DNA from: an uncultured Planctomycetales bacterium
Lineage (GTDB): Bacteria; Planctomycetota; Phycisphaerae; UBA1845; Fen-1342
Direction of reading: 5' to 3'
DNA length: 44,623 nucleotides
Assembly: GCA_964482395.1 (NCBI GenBank)
Contig: CAYZXK010000195.1
Span: forward strand, 1 to 44,623
Part shown: positions 1 to 9,220 of the stretch, one piece after another
How the letters are laid out: each line of letters starts with the position of its first letter
Numbering within the stretch: the stretch's first letter is position 1
Position numbers and translations under genes: made by a program
The notes under the pieces: model-generated
What the model was told of the DNA's origin: nothing
The model's input: the letters and a program-made list of their open reading frames with translations, nothing else
The model's database searches: none

Positions 1-642
1 GTCCAGGGCCAGCCCGTCGCTAATGTCGATCATCGCGTGCGGGCGGAGGCATTCGCTGATTTGCAGGGCGATCTGGACCCGCGGCTGGAAGCTCATGTGT
101 CGGCCCAGCCGCGAGCCGCCGACCGGCCCGGTCAGCCAAAGGCTGTCCCCGGGCCGAGCACCGTCACGCCGGATTGGCCGCCCTCCCGGCGGACACCGGG
201 CCGCGACCGAAACGCTGATCACCGTGGGAGCATCCCAGCTATTGGTGTCGCCGCCGACCACCGGGCAACCAAAAGCCAGCCCGAATTCGTGAACCCCGCG
301 CAGCAGATCCAGCGCGTCTTCCATCGACATCCGGTTGCACAGGCAGACCGCGCACAGAGCCGAGATCGGGACCACCGCCATCGCCGCGCAGTCGCTCAGG
401 TTGACGGCCATCGCCTTGCGCCCGATCGCCGCCCAGCTGTGGCTCCCGGAGTCGAAATCCACTCCGTCCGTGAGCATGTCGGTGGTCCAGAGCAGTTCTC
501 CCTGGGCCGGGTCGATCAGGCTCATGTCATCGCCGAAGTCGACGGTCGGCGCCGGCTGGTCGCCGGCCGGCCTGCCGAGCAAAGCTCGCAGGCGGCGGAC
601 CAGCTCCAGTTCGCCACGCGGCCGGGCGGGCAGGAGGGGCAT
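1..642 (-). CDS. thiL: thiamine-monophosphate kinase ThiL, partial (C-terminus beyond window edge)
   Basis: I translated the minus strand by hand from the ATG at about 642; the table omits it because there is no stop in the window. It gives MPLLPARPRGELELVRRLRALLGRPAGDQPAPTVDFGDD...LLWTTDMLTDGVDF...AMIDISDGLALD, typical of ThiL and the PurM-like fold (TDMLxEGVHF and DISDGL motifs). A GGTGAAGA Shine-Dalgarno-like sequence sits just upstream, with an AT-rich promoter patch at 680-700. Confidence 0.6.
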   Translation of the reverse strand, partial: MPLLPARPRGELELVRRLRALLGRPAGDQPAPTVDFGDDMSLIDPAQGELLWTTDMLTDGVDFDSGSHSWAAIGRKAMAVNLSDCAAMAVVPISALCAVCLCNRMSMEDALDLLRGVHEFGLAFGCPVVGGDTNSWDAPTVISVSVAARCPPGGRPIRRDGARPGDSLWLTGPVGGSRLGRHMSFQPRVQIALQISECLRPHAMIDISDGLALD

Positions 643-746
643 ATCTTCACCAAATCCGGTTGCCGGGCATCACCCTCAGCGCAATAATAATATAGTAACT
701 TGTGAGTCGTGCACGGGGGACGAATGCGCAACCCGGCGGACAAACC

Positions 747-2216
747 ATGACCCGTGAACGTTACATCCTGGGATTGTTGGCCACCTTCCTGTCAATCCTC
801 CTGACGAGCTCAACGAGCTGGGCTGCCCCGGATGGCCGCTACCGCATCGAGCTGATGAACGGCAAATACGTGGAGGGCGAAGTCAAGGAGTTGCCCGACG
901 GCTCCTACGAGGTGAAGACCAAGTACGGGGCTATCGTCACCGTCCGCAAGAACGAAGTCCGCACCATGCGAGCCCTGGAGGAGGCGGGTACGGCTCCCGG
1001 CTCGGAGGTGGCTTCCGCCGGCGGGACTGCTCTTCGCCGGCCGATCAGCGATGCGGAGATTGAGCAGCTTCTGGCGGATATTGTGGCCCGGCCGGACGAA
1101 TCGCTGGTCGGGGCCGATCGCAGCGACATGATGGCGCCGCTGCCGCTGAACGAGAATTCGCTTCAGGAGATGCTGCGAGAGGCCGGCGCCGACCGCCAGA
1201 AGAACGTCCTGGAAAAAGACCACTTCGTCATGGTCTACACCGCATCGGAGAAGGCCGCTCAGGAGTTGGCTGCCCGGCTGGAGGCGGTCTACCGGTGGAA
1301 CGTGCGGTTCATGGAGATGATGAAGCTGCCGGCCCGGCGGCCGGCCCACAAGCTGGAGATCTACTTCTTCGGGACGTTCAAAGAGTACGAGGCCTATTCG
1401 GCCAATCACGGGATGACGGTCAGCGGCGGGGGCGGTTTCGCCCTAGGCTACTACATGCCGGAAATAAACCGCTCGCACTTCTTCGACATGAACACTTTTC
1501 CCCCCGTTGCCCAGTTGGCCGAGTCGGTCAAAGACAAATCCGTTCCCTGGGAGCGGCGTCAGGAAGTCACTAACCGGATCCGGCGTTGGGTGGAGTACCA
1601 GAACGTCGAAGTCATCCAACACGAGATCGGCCACCACATTCATTTCAACATCGGGCTGTTTCCGCGAGACTCGTTCAAGGGCGGCAACGTCCCGATCTGG
1701 CTGGTGGAAGGGACCACCATGATGTTCGAGGTCCCGCCCTCGAAGGCCGGAGCCAGCCTGGGCACCCTGAACGACAACCGGTTGGACCATCTGCTCAAGA
1801 AGTTTGGAAAGCGGCCCTTATCGGTCGCCGAGTGGAAGCTCTTCCTGATCGACAACACCGCTTGGCACAATGCTGCCGGCCGAGGCAACACTTACGACTC
1901 CTACCAGCTCGCCTGGTCCATGGTCTACTACCTATGGAAAGAGCGGCGTGACCAGTACGCCAAATACCTTCAGACGGTCTTCGGCCGCGAGCCGGGCGTG
2001 ACCATGACCAACACCGAGCGCGAAAAAGACTTCGAAGATGCCTTTGGGCGGCTGGACGAAAAATGGCTGGAAGGCTACTACCAATTCCTCTCCACACTCC
2101 ACGTACGTCAATCGCTGCTTCCGCCGGAGCTGGGTTCCAGCTCCGGCCATCGGGATGCCGGCGGCCAGCGGCAGCAGGGCGGCAAGGGGGGCGGCGGACG
2201 CCGGCCCGGGGGCTGA
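747..2216 (+). CDS. secreted putative zinc metallopeptidase-like protein (HEIGH motif; possibly the DUF1570 family described from planctomycetes)
   Basis: This is ORF 702..2216. The internal ATG at 747 gives MTRERYILGLLATFLSILLTSSTSWAAP, a signal peptide. It carries an HExxH motif (VIQHEIGHHIHF) followed by WLVEGTTMMFE, a possible third zinc ligand as in gluzincins. The C-terminal tail is Gly/Arg-rich. The start at 702 cannot be excluded. Confidence 0.6.
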   Translation: MTRERYILGLLATFLSILLTSSTSWAAPDGRYRIELMNGKYVEGEVKELPDGSYEVKTKYGAIVTVRKNEVRTMRALEEAGTAPGSEVASAGGTALRRPISDAEIEQLLADIVARPDESLVGADRSDMMAPLPLNENSLQEMLREAGADRQKNVLEKDHFVMVYTASEKAAQELAARLEAVYRWNVRFMEMMKLPARRPAHKLEIYFFGTFKEYEAYSANHGMTVSGGGGFALGYYMPEINRSHFFDMNTFPPVAQLAESVKDKSVPWERRQEVTNRIRRWVEYQNVEVIQHEIGHHIHFNIGLFPRDSFKGGNVPIWLVEGTTMMFEVPPSKAGASLGTLNDNRLDHLLKKFGKRPLSVAEWKLFLIDNTAWHNAAGRGNTYDSYQLAWSMVYYLWKERRDQYAKYLQTVFGREPGVTMTNTEREKDFEDAFGRLDEKWLEGYYQFLSTLHVRQSLLPPELGSSSGHRDAGGQRQQGGKGGGGRRPGG

Positions 2217-2292
2217 ACCCCTCGCCGCCCCGGCTCTGGCTTGCCTTCCCCGCGGGATACCCAAGCATCATTGCCGAGCCGATAATGGGGTA

Positions 2293-3036
2293 GTGGCCAT
2301 CGCCTCTCCAATCCTGCCCGCCGGCCTTCGGCCCGTCCGGTTGCGCAAGCGCTGGCAGCGATATGCCCTCGAGGCCCGTCGGCCGCTGCACTGCTTGTTG
2401 CTGCTGGCCCCGCTGGCGGTAGCCTATGAGTGCGGGCTTTCCTGGTTGACCGATGCCAGGACGCCGGGTCGGAATCTGCTGGCACACGGGCTGATCGAGG
2501 GCCTGTTGGCCTGGGTTGGGCTGGTCGGGCGCTGGGTACCGCCGGCCGTGTTGATCGTCAGCTTGCTGGTCTGGCACCGGCTGCGCCACGACGGCTGGCG
2601 CGTGCGCTGGTGGGTGCCCCTGGTCATGCCGGCCGAGGGCCTGGCCCTGGCAATCCCGCTGCTGGCACTCAGTGCCCTCTTTGCCGCCCCGCCCCTGGCC
2701 CATCCGGTCGCCGCCCTGGGAGCCGGAATCTACGAGGAGTTGGTATTCCGGCTCTTGCTCATCAGCGGCCTGAACTGGCTGCTGGTGGAGGTTTTGCAGC
2801 GAGCGCGTTCGACCGCGCTGGGACTGGCGGTGGTCTTGGCCGCGCTGACTTTCGCCTTGTGTCACTTCCTGCCTCTGGGGTCGGGCGCCTTCGCTTGGAA
2901 GTCCTTCGGGTTCCGGCTGGTGGCGGGGCTGTACCTTTCGATGGTTTTCCTGGAGCGGGGCCTGGGCGTATCCAGCAGTTGCCACGTCGCCTATAACCTG
3001 TTATTGCTCTGGTTGCGGGGCAGCTCACCGGACTGA
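2293..3036 (+). CDS. CPBP family intramembrane glutamic endopeptidase (CAAX protease/Abi-like)
   Basis: This is ORF 2038..3036, but its 5' part overlaps the upstream gene, so I place the start at the in-frame GTG near 2293, after a GGGG run. All three CPBP motifs are present: EELVFR (EExxxR), FALCHF (FxxxH) and HVAYN (HxxxN). The protein is hydrophobic with several predicted membrane helices. Confidence 0.6.
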   Translation: MAIASPILPAGLRPVRLRKRWQRYALEARRPLHCLLLLAPLAVAYECGLSWLTDARTPGRNLLAHGLIEGLLAWVGLVGRWVPPAVLIVSLLVWHRLRHDGWRVRWWVPLVMPAEGLALAIPLLALSALFAAPPLAHPVAALGAGIYEELVFRLLLISGLNWLLVEVLQRARSTALGLAVVLAALTFALCHFLPLGSGAFAWKSFGFRLVAGLYLSMVFLERGLGVSSSCHVAYNLLLLWLRGSSPD

Positions 3037-3263
3037 GACTCACTTTTTGCGTCTGGCGGCTGCGCGGGTCGCTTGTGCCGCCGCCGGCAGGGCGGTACAG
3101 TCCTCAAGAGGTCACGCCGGTTGCATCGTTACCGTGCGGTAGAATCCGGACCGGAAACCCATTGAGGAAAGAACCGCCTCAGGCTGTGATTTCGGCTTCT
3201 GCGGCCCGCCGCCTTTCAGGGCATGCCGGTCTCTTCAACCGGGCTGCTGGCAAAGACTTGTGG

Positions 3264-4634
3264 ATGAGGCCATCAGCTATGTGGTCGGCAGTGCTTCACT
3301 GCGGCTTGGGGCTCGCTTTCCTCTGTGGGCTGGCAGTGCAGCTTGGCTGCGCCGGGCGCGGAAAATCCGCCCAGCCGATCGCACAGACGGGCCTGACTCC
3401 CGAGCAGCGGCGTTTGAACGTTGAGTCCTTCGACGTGCTCTGGCGGACGGTTCGCGACACGCACTGGGATCCCGACCTGGGCGGGCTAGACTGGCAAGCG
3501 GTTTACGACCAGGTCCGGCCGGAGGTGGAGCAAGCTCGGACTATGGCCGAGGCTCGGGCAGCGATGAATAAGGCTTTGGCCCGGCTCAGGCAGTCGCATT
3601 TCGGGGTCATTCCCGCCGAGGCGTATGAGTCGCTTGGCGTAGGCGGGCACCAGTCGCTGGAGGGAACCACCGGCCTGACGGTTCGCGTGATCGACGGCCA
3701 GGTACTGGTGGTTGAGGTCCGGCCGGGCTCGCCGGCCGCCGAGTTGGGGGTCCGACCCGGGTGGCAGCTCATTCTCTTGGGCGATGAGGAAGTTGCTCCC
3801 CTGGTGCAGCGGATTGCCGCCACCTGGCAAGACTCCACGCTCCAGCAGTTGATGCTCGTGTCGGCGATTCAGCGTCGGCTGGCCGGCCCGGTCGGGGAGC
3901 CTGTGCCGGCCAGTTTCGTGGCCGAGGCCGGTCAGGTGGTCGCTCTGGAGCTGCCACGCGTGGTTCCCGAAGGCAGCCGGGTGAGCATCGGCCACTTGCC
4001 GCCGATGCATTTGCGCCTGGAGGCCCGCCGGCTGGAAAACAACGTCGGCTACATATCGTTCAATGTGTTCCTCGACCCCGAGCGACTCATGGCCGAGTTC
4101 GAGCGCGCCCTGCAATCCTTCATGGACGCCGACGGAGTGATCCTCGATCTGCGCGGCAATCCGGGCGGGATTGGGGCGATGTCGATGGGGGTGGCCGGCT
4201 GGTTTGTGGACCGGGACGAGCAGCCGCTGGGCATGACCCGGACTCGCCAAGCGGAGATTCGGTTTGCCATTTTCCCCCGGCCCAACACTTATCAGGGGCC
4301 ACTGGCAGTCCTGGTGGACGGGTGTACGGCCTCGACGGCTGAGATTCTCAGCGGTGGGTTGCAGGACCTTGGCCGGGCACGCATATTTGGCAGTCGGACT
4401 GCCGGGGCGGCCTTGCCGGCCCAGGTCGAAAAGCTGCCCAACGGCGATGGCTTTATCCATGCCATCGCCGACTATGTGTCCAGCGGAGGACGGAGGCTGG
4501 AAGGGGTCGGGGTGATCCCCGACGTGGAAGTACCCCTGACCCGCGCGCAACTGCTGGCCGGTCGGGACCCGGTCATCGAAGCGGCCGCGGAGTGGATCCG
4601 GTCGATTGTCTCTCGGTCCGCGGACAGCTTGTGA
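3264..4634 (+). CDS. S41 family carboxyl-terminal processing peptidase with a PDZ domain
   Basis: This is ORF 3075..4634. The internal ATG at 3264 gives MRPSAMWSAVLHCGLGLAFLCGLAVQLGCAG, a signal peptide with a lipobox-like LGCAG. It has a PDZ-like segment (VIDGQVLVVEVRPGSPAAELGV) and the S41 motifs LDLRGNPGG and AVLVDGCTASTAEIL. Confidence 0.8.
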   Translation: MRPSAMWSAVLHCGLGLAFLCGLAVQLGCAGRGKSAQPIAQTGLTPEQRRLNVESFDVLWRTVRDTHWDPDLGGLDWQAVYDQVRPEVEQARTMAEARAAMNKALARLRQSHFGVIPAEAYESLGVGGHQSLEGTTGLTVRVIDGQVLVVEVRPGSPAAELGVRPGWQLILLGDEEVAPLVQRIAATWQDSTLQQLMLVSAIQRRLAGPVGEPVPASFVAEAGQVVALELPRVVPEGSRVSIGHLPPMHLRLEARRLENNVGYISFNVFLDPERLMAEFERALQSFMDADGVILDLRGNPGGIGAMSMGVAGWFVDRDEQPLGMTRTRQAEIRFAIFPRPNTYQGPLAVLVDGCTASTAEILSGGLQDLGRARIFGSRTAGAALPAQVEKLPNGDGFIHAIADYVSSGGRRLEGVGVIPDVEVPLTRAQLLAGRDPVIEAAAEWIRSIVSRSADSL

Positions 4635-4776
4635 CTCGGCGCTTCGCGCCAGCGTCGGGCGCCAGCCGCCAGGGTGCCAGGAGCCACCCGCCCTTGGGCG
4701 ACCCGGCTGGCTGCCCCGATCGAGCCAGAGGGCTATTTGCCAGACTGTGTCACACCATCTTGCAGGAGACTATCAG

Positions 4777-5661
4777 ATGAGCAGGCAGCCAAGTACTTCA
4801 GAACGCGAAGCACAAGCGACGGCCTCTGCAAACCGTCGGGTCCTGAGGGCTCTGGGGCCAGTGACGCTGACGGTCCTGATGCTGGCGACGATTTGGACGG
4901 ACCAGCGAGCCTTTGCCCAGGCCGAGAAACTGCCCGACGTCGATGAGATCATGGAAAGATCCATCGAGGCTCAGGGCGGCCGCCCGGCGTTCGAGAAGCT
5001 CCACTCGCGGGTCACGACCGGTACCTACGAGGTTGTCAACCAAGGCATCAAGGGATCGATGACGGCTTATGAGCTGGCCCCCAACAAGCAGTATGCCGTG
5101 ATGGACCTGCCCGGCGTCGGCAAGGTCGAGAGCGGAACCGATGGCGAGGTCTATTGGGAACTCACCGCAATCACCGGCCCGCGGCTGCTCGAAGGCGACG
5201 AGAAAGCCATCAGCGCCCGACAGAGCACCTTCAACGCCCTGCTGTTTTGGCGGAAACTCTACCAGAAGGCCGAGTGCGTAGGCGTGGAGGAAGTCGACGG
5301 CCGCCCCTGCTACAAACTGGTGTTCACGCCCAAGGAGGGCGGGCCCGAGATCATCTACATCGATCAGAAGACCTACTTGCCTGTCAGGCAGGAGTTGACC
5401 CTCAAGGGCCCCATGGGCAACATCCCGATCGTGGCCAGCCTGGCCGACTACAAAAAAGTGGACGGGGTGCTTTTGCCGCACAAAACCACGCAGGTCATCG
5501 CCGGCGTGCAAACCGTGGTGTCGCTGGCCGAGAAGATTGAGCACAATGTGGAGATCCCGGCCGACCGCTTCGCGCTGCCCGAGCAGATCAAGGCCCTGGT
5601 GGCCAAATCCAAGGCCCAGACCCAGCCCGCCACGCGGCCGCATACGGAAGGACGGCCGTAG
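4777..5661 (+). CDS. LolA-like secreted protein (outer-membrane lipoprotein-sorting protein family), paralog of 17967..18710
   Basis: This is ORF 4606..5661. I chose the internal ATG at 4777 because an AGGAGA RBS lies 7 nt upstream; it gives MSRQPSTSE...LTVLMLATIWTDQRAFAQA, a signal peptide. Blocks shared with the paralog include TGTYEV/SGTYEF, VDGRPCYKLVFTPK/VDGRKVYVIEATPK and IPADRFALP/IDPDRFRLKIP. Confidence 0.6.
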   Translation: MSRQPSTSEREAQATASANRRVLRALGPVTLTVLMLATIWTDQRAFAQAEKLPDVDEIMERSIEAQGGRPAFEKLHSRVTTGTYEVVNQGIKGSMTAYELAPNKQYAVMDLPGVGKVESGTDGEVYWELTAITGPRLLEGDEKAISARQSTFNALLFWRKLYQKAECVGVEEVDGRPCYKLVFTPKEGGPEIIYIDQKTYLPVRQELTLKGPMGNIPIVASLADYKKVDGVLLPHKTTQVIAGVQTVVSLAEKIEHNVEIPADRFALPEQIKALVAKSKAQTQPATRPHTEGRP

Positions 5662-5753
5662 GAGACCGGCCGGAAGCCGGGGCCGCGCAGATCAGAGGCT
5701 GTCCAGCCGCTGTTTGGCCTCGTTGGCTTCCCAGGTGCCCGGGTATTTTTCGA

Positions 5754-6899
5754 TTATCTCTTCCAGCAGCTTGCGGGCATCGGTCTTCCGACCGGCTTTG
5801 ATAAACACGCGGGCCTGATCCAGCAAACGGGCCGCGTCCGCGTTATGGGCAAGTCGCCGGCCGCGGCCCGCTTCTCCGGCTCTGGTTTGCTTTCCTGAGC
5901 CCGGGCTGGCTCGGTGGACGCGCCTGCGTTTGCGGACGGGGCTTCAGCTCCTTCGGTCGTCCGCGGACGCAAAACTGGATATTGCCCTTTCGCCTCGGCC
6001 ACCGCGGCCCGGACCGCGTAGACGAATTCCGGGTCGGTCGCCGACCCGACTGCCCGCACGTTGCCCTCCCCGTCGATTACCACCTGCCACGCCGAAGCGC
6101 TGACCTGGAACGTCAGGTCGGTGAGGGATGCCGCCCGGCCGGCACGCTCATAGAGCTGCGGCCAGTGGTAGCCTTGGTCGGTCGCGAACTGCTTGGCGGC
6201 TTGAAGCTGGTCCGGCGGGTCGGCGTTCACGCCCAGAAAGGCGATCTTCGAATCGCCGCGCCAGGCCTCATAAAGTCCATGCAGGGCTTTGACCACCTTA
6301 TCGGACGGCGGCTCCTTGGCCCGCCAGAAATCGACCACCAGAACCACCCCCTGACGCTGACGCAGCGCGATGACCGGCCCGTCTTCGGTGCGGACCGAGA
6401 CGTCCGGCGCCGGCTGCCCGACCATTCGCAGCCGCCGGGAGCGCAGAGCAATCGCCTTCTCGCCGGCCAGCCCACGCTCACTTAGCTTGTCCAGCGTCCG
6501 CTGGGCCAGCTCGGCGTCGCCGGCAACTACCGCGGTCATCCACGCCAGTCGGAGCGTTTCCCGCTCCTCCGGCTGCTCCTGTTCCAGCCTGGCCAGCCAT
6601 TGGCGGGCCGTGGCGGCATCGCCCAGGGCCAGCGCAGTTGCGATTTGCACCCGCAACCACTGCCCCCTTTGCTCGGCTTCCAGCTTGTCGGGAGCGAGGT
6701 TCCAAGCCCCGAGCTTGTCACGGGCCTGGCGGGCCTGCTCGAGCGAGATGACTTCATGCGGACGAATGAGCTGATCGTGCCAGGCCTGTAGTTCCTCCAG
6801 GGTCTGGGAGCTTGGAGCCTGGGCCTTCACCGTCAGGACCAGCAGGCCGCCAACCAGGCCGCCACAGACTGCCAACCTTCTGCGAACCTTCATGGTCAT
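5754..6899 (-). CDS. TPR-like plus thioredoxin-fold (TlpA-like, lacking CxxC) periplasmic protein; likely 3' frameshift (true stop near 5692)
   Basis: The protein starts with a signal peptide (MTMKVRRRLAVCGGLVGGLLVLTVKAQA). The thioredoxin-like block is VVLVVDFWRAKEPPS...IAFLGVNADPPDQLQAAKQFATDQG; FWRAKEPPS sits where WCxxC normally is. The last 60 or so residues in this frame (PVCWIRPACLSKPVGRPMPASCWKR) are not protein-like. The adjacent minus-strand frame, read by hand, gives a YbgF-like TPR tail (LAHNADAARLLDQARVFIKAGRKTDARKLLEEIIEKYPGTWEANEAKQRLDSL) ending near 5692. Confidence 0.6.
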   Translation of the reverse strand: MTMKVRRRLAVCGGLVGGLLVLTVKAQAPSSQTLEELQAWHDQLIRPHEVISLEQARQARDKLGAWNLAPDKLEAEQRGQWLRVQIATALALGDAATARQWLARLEQEQPEERETLRLAWMTAVVAGDAELAQRTLDKLSERGLAGEKAIALRSRRLRMVGQPAPDVSVRTEDGPVIALRQRQGVVLVVDFWRAKEPPSDKVVKALHGLYEAWRGDSKIAFLGVNADPPDQLQAAKQFATDQGYHWPQLYERAGRAASLTDLTFQVSASAWQVVIDGEGNVRAVGSATDPEFVYAVRAAVAEAKGQYPVLRPRTTEGAEAPSANAGASTEPARAQESKPEPEKRAAAGDLPITRTRPVCWIRPACLSKPVGRPMPASCWKR

Positions 6900-6972
6900 G
6901 CCGCAACCTCGATACCAATGGCCAACTTACCGGGGGCATCCTACCGCGCGCTCGGGCACACTTGACATGGCT

Positions 6973-7734
6973 TCAGAGCGGCGGGTCGATCCGCTGGGGA
7001 TGATGATCGACATACCAGCGGACTTGGCGGGCCAGGCCGATGAGAATGTCGGCCTCGTTGACCGTCAGCTCCACTCGTCCCAGAAGATGCCGCAGGGCGT
7101 ACTTGAGGTGATCCGGGTTCTGCCCGAAGAAGAAACCCACCGCCTGGAGGGCATCGAACAGCCGCTCGAACATGACCTGCTTCTGGTCGTCGGTCGCCAG
7201 GCCGGGCTGGATAGCCATTGGCAGCGCCGACCGACCCTCCAGTGCCAGCCAGCTCCGACGCAGTTCGTAGCACACGATCGTCACCGCGGCCGCCAGGTTC
7301 AGGACCGGGTAGCTCTCCGAGGCCGGAATCGAGACGATGCGGTCGAAGTGCAGCAGCTCGCGGGTTTGCAGGCCGTAGTCTTCCCGCCCGAATGCGAAGG
7401 CGACTGTCCCGGCGGACGAGAGCCGCAAGGCCTCGGCGGCGGCCTGCTCCGGCGTAATGGCCGCCTGACGACGGTACAGCCCCAACTTCGAGGAAGTGGC
7501 ATAGGATCGGACGCACCCCGCCAGACCGGTCTTCAGGTCCGGCACAACCCGAGCCGCCTCCAGCACCGCCTGCCCGCGGGCGGCGTAGGCCACCGCCGCC
7601 GGATCGCGCACTTGGCAGCGCGGCGTAACGATCACCAGGTCCGCCAGCCCGAAGTTGGACATGGCCCGGCAAACTGCACCAATGTTGGCCGGCCCGCTGG
7701 GCGAAACCAGGACCACGCGAATATTCGAAAGCAT
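6973..7734 (-). CDS. trmJ: SpoU/TrmH family tRNA (cytidine/uridine-2'-O)-methyltransferase, TrmJ-like
   Basis: This is ORF 6973..7794. The internal ATG at 7734 gives MLSNIRVVLVSPSGPANIGAVCRAMSNFGLADLVIV, which matches the TrmJ N-terminus (IRVVLVEPSHPGNIGAAARAMKNMGL). The 20-aa upstream extension is not protein-like. Confidence 0.8.
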   Translation of the reverse strand: MLSNIRVVLVSPSGPANIGAVCRAMSNFGLADLVIVTPRCQVRDPAAVAYAARGQAVLEAARVVPDLKTGLAGCVRSYATSSKLGLYRRQAAITPEQAAAEALRLSSAGTVAFAFGREDYGLQTRELLHFDRIVSIPASESYPVLNLAAAVTIVCYELRRSWLALEGRSALPMAIQPGLATDDQKQVMFERLFDALQAVGFFFGQNPDHLKYALRHLLGRVELTVNEADILIGLARQVRWYVDHHPQRIDPPL

Positions 7735-7859
7735 CGCCACATTGTACGTCCGCGGGCGGGTCGGGACCCAGAACGCCCCGGCGGCGTCACCCACCTGCCG
7801 CCTGGCCGATACTTATAATGAATCTGCCCGGCCGACCGGACCCTCGGTCCCGCTGACCC

Positions 7860-9155
7860 ATGAGCCTGCCGCCCACAAATCACGCCACCGTCCACCCGCT
7901 GCCCCGGACGGTACGCGCTCTGCGGCATCGCAACTACCGGCTGTTTTTCGCCGGCCAGGCCATTTCGATGATCGGCACCTGGATGCAGACCATCGCCCTG
8001 GGCTGGCTAGTTTACCGCCTGACCGGCCGGCCCATGGCCCTGGGGGCGGTCGGCTTTGCCAGCCAGTTGCCCATGTTTCTGCTGGCTCCGCTGGCCGGCG
8101 TGCTGGCCGACCGACTCAATCTGCACCGCGTGCTGATCGCGACCCAGAGCCTGGCCATGATCCAGGCCCTGACGCTGGCAGCCTTGACGCTGACCGGTGC
8201 GGTCGCGGTCTGGCATGTCCTGCTGCTGAGCCTGCTGATCGGATTGATCAATGCCATGGACATGCCGGCTCGTCAGGCTTTCGTCCCGCAGATGATCGAG
8301 GATCAATGCGACCTGCCGAACGCCATCGCCCTGAACTCATCGCTAGTCAACGGGGCCCGGCTGCTGGGGCCCTCCATCGCCGGGGTGCTGATTGCTACCT
8401 GGGGCGAGGGAGTTTGCTTCCTGCTAAACGGAGTCAGCTACCTGGCCGTGATCGCGGCGCTGCTGGCCATGAAAATCGCGTCTCGACCACGCGTCGGCGA
8501 GCCCGATCACGTCCTGACCGACCTTCGGCAAGGCTTCGCTTACGCGTTCGGTTTTCCGCCCATTCGGGCCGTCCTGCTGCTGCTGGCGCTGGTGAGCCTG
8601 GTGGGCATGCCCTACGCGGTGCTGATGCCGGTGTTCGCGACCGAAGTCCTGCGTGGCGGACCGCATACTCTGGGCTTCTTGATGGCGGCCACCGGGGTGG
8701 GAGCAATGGGGGCGGTGCTGCGACTGGCGTCTCGCCGGAGCGCCATCGGACTGGGCCGCATGATCGCTCAAGCCAGTCTGCTATTCGGCCTGGGATTAAT
8801 CGCTTTCGCCTGGTCGCGGACCCTCTGGCTTTCGCTGATCCTCTTGCTGGTGACCGGGTTCGGCCTCATGCAGCAGTTGGCCTCGAGCAACACAATCCTG
8901 CAAACCATTGTCGAGGAGGACAAACGCGGCCGAGTGATGAGCTTCTACAGCATGGCCTTCATGGGTATGGCCCCCTTCGGCAGTTTGCTGGCAGGTAGCC
9001 TGGCCGAGTGGATCGGCGGGCCCGGCGCGCTCATGCTCGGGGGCGTCAGTTGCGTGGTAGGCAGCATCATCTTCGCCTCCCGCCTGCCGGCCCTCCGTCG
9101 ACTGCTCCGACCGATCTACGCCCGGAAGGGCTTGTTGCCGACCACTGAATCGTGA
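7860..9155 (+). CDS. MFS transporter (DHA3/EntS-like efflux family)
   Basis: The 431-aa protein has about 12 hydrophobic segments. Its N-terminus, LRHRNYRLFFAGQAISMIGTWMQTIALGWLV, is typical of MFS_3 family transporters. Confidence 0.85.
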   Translation: MSLPPTNHATVHPLPRTVRALRHRNYRLFFAGQAISMIGTWMQTIALGWLVYRLTGRPMALGAVGFASQLPMFLLAPLAGVLADRLNLHRVLIATQSLAMIQALTLAALTLTGAVAVWHVLLLSLLIGLINAMDMPARQAFVPQMIEDQCDLPNAIALNSSLVNGARLLGPSIAGVLIATWGEGVCFLLNGVSYLAVIAALLAMKIASRPRVGEPDHVLTDLRQGFAYAFGFPPIRAVLLLLALVSLVGMPYAVLMPVFATEVLRGGPHTLGFLMAATGVGAMGAVLRLASRRSAIGLGRMIAQASLLFGLGLIAFAWSRTLWLSLILLLVTGFGLMQQLASSNTILQTIVEEDKRGRVMSFYSMAFMGMAPFGSLLAGSLAEWIGGPGALMLGGVSCVVGSIIFASRLPALRRLLRPIYARKGLLPTTES

Positions 9156-9220
9156 CCGCCAGTTGCCAGGTCGCCGGCCCGACGGAGAAAACCCGCGGCT
9201 GAGCAGGCCCGATGGGCGGC

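Noticed and set aside
37-757. Plus-strand ORFs (216 aa and 140 aa) at the window start
   Set aside because: The minus strand here encodes a clear ThiL with DISDGL and TDMLTDGVDF motifs. The plus-strand ORFs are Arg/Pro/Ala-rich artefacts.
1795-2985. 396-aa ORF on the minus strand
   Set aside because: It overlaps the HExxH and CPBP genes in antisense. Its Gln/Arg/Pro/Gly-rich sequence is not protein-like.
7655-8998. 447-aa ORF on the plus strand
   Set aside because: It is out of frame with the MFS transporter, which shows a convincing 12-TM pattern in its own frame. The ORF is Arg/Pro/Gly/Ala-rich junk.
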